Program-made: the position numbers and the translations under genes
Source of the DNA: a virus
Virus record (IMG/VR): IMGVR_UViG_3300045988_161023
Reading direction: 5' to 3' (one strand)
DNA length: 48,341 nt
Notes under the pieces: model-generated
Databases searched by the model: none
What the model was told of the DNA's origin: nothing
Seen by the model: only the letters and a program-made list of their open reading frames with translations
Part shown: one piece after another, positions 47,709-48,341 of the stretch
Layout: each line of letters opens with the position of its first letter
Numbering within the stretch: the stretch's first letter is position 1

Positions 47709-48031
47709 CAGCTTCCAGCCTCAACGCCCTTGATCCACAGGAGCAAGTTCCCGGCCTCCCCAGCGGGCAGATGCACCCACTCGCCGGGCTCGGTAAACGT
47801 CTCGCCGCCGTAGCGATATGACCAGCCGTCAGTCACGACGGCCCCCGGCGTCAGCGGAGCCGGGCTTGTCGCGGCGGTCGGTTCCACCCATCGAGTGCAC
47901 CCACTCGCCGCCAGCGTCATCACGCACAGCAGCGCGATCAGCCTCGCGGCGTTCGCCGTACCGTTGACGCAGCCACAGCTTGAGGAGCCCGGCGAGCGAT
48001 GAAAGGAACTCAAGGACGGCCCGCACATCAC
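47708..48031 (-). CDS. Putative lipoprotein, Pro-rich (o-spanin-like)
   Basis: ARLIALLCVMTLAASGC signal ending in a lipobox-like Cys, then Pro-rich TRWVEPTAATSPAPLTPGAVV. ATGA coupling to the holin-like gene. Start uncertain. Confidence 0.4.
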   Translation of the reverse strand: MMCGPSLSSFHRSPGSSSCGCVNGTANAARLIALLCVMTLAASGCTRWVEPTAATSPAPLTPGAVVTDGWSYRYGGETFTEPGEWVHLPAGEAGNLLLWIKGVEAGS

Positions 48032-48318
48032 TTTCCCGTCACGGCCTTGACTTCGGCCTTCACGGTTTCGGACTTACCGTCCGCCACGGCACCCCTGTTC
48101 TGCCCGAAATGCGCGGCAAGAGCATGGGCCCAGCGGTAGAAGACGGCATAAAGCCCCTCCGTTTCCTTGGGGACGGGCATCCACGCGGTGGCCACGGCGC
48201 ACAGGCCGCACACGGTCATGACCACGCTCAGGGCGGTCACGAGCCACGCCGCATCGGGGTACTGCGCGGAAAGGCTCATCAAGGTCGAAAGGATGAAATC
48301 AATCACGGTCGCTTCCAT
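48028..48318 (-). CDS. Holin-like protein (two TM helices, charged C-terminus)
   Basis: TM1 VIDFILSTLMSLSA, TM2 AAWLVTALSVVMTVCGLCAVATAW, then a Lys/Glu-rich tail. The start abuts the endolysin stop across the window junction. Confidence 0.55.
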   Translation of the reverse strand: MEATVIDFILSTLMSLSAQYPDAAWLVTALSVVMTVCGLCAVATAWMPVPKETEGLYAVFYRWAHALAAHFGQNRGAVADGKSETVKAEVKAVTGK

Positions 48319-48341
48319 CAGTACTTGCCTCCATGCTGGTA

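Overview
The window appears to be one complete, circularly permuted temperate phage genome of about 48.2 kb from a high-GC host. Bases 1..98 are repeated exactly at 48244..48341, and the lysis operon reads across that junction. The layout is lambda-like on the early side, shown here in lambda gene order rather than coordinate order: integrase with a tRNA-derived attP, then a Lar, methylase, HU, RecT and YqaJ early operon, then OL, a CI-like repressor with a two-gene AT-rich cassette, then OR, Cro-like and CII-like genes, an iteron-containing replication initiator, RusA, and a Mu Mor/C-family late activator. Mu-like late genes on the minus strand follow: lysis, terminase, portal (DUF935), Mu F-like, protease/scaffold, capsid, sheath, tube, a frameshifted chaperone pair, tape measure, a gp44-47-like baseplate, tail fibre and tail fibre assembly protein. 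There is no transposase. A conserved 18-bp dyad motif sits upstream of four minus-strand late transcription units and is the putative Mor-dependent late promoter element. Three plus-strand or low-GC insertions interrupt the phage backbone and are the best candidates for undescribed systems. The first is an S49/SDH Clp-fold serine protease plus a small protein in the rexAB-equivalent slot next to cI. The second is a 7-gene island at 32.6-38.3 kb containing a glycine-zipper membrane protein with a standalone HsdR-N nuclease-domain protein, a second antirepressor, and a DUF3990-like / 463-aa unknown / RHH operon. The third is a secreted endonuclease I between portal and terminase. All coordinates rest on the supplied ORF track plus manual reading; no searches were run.
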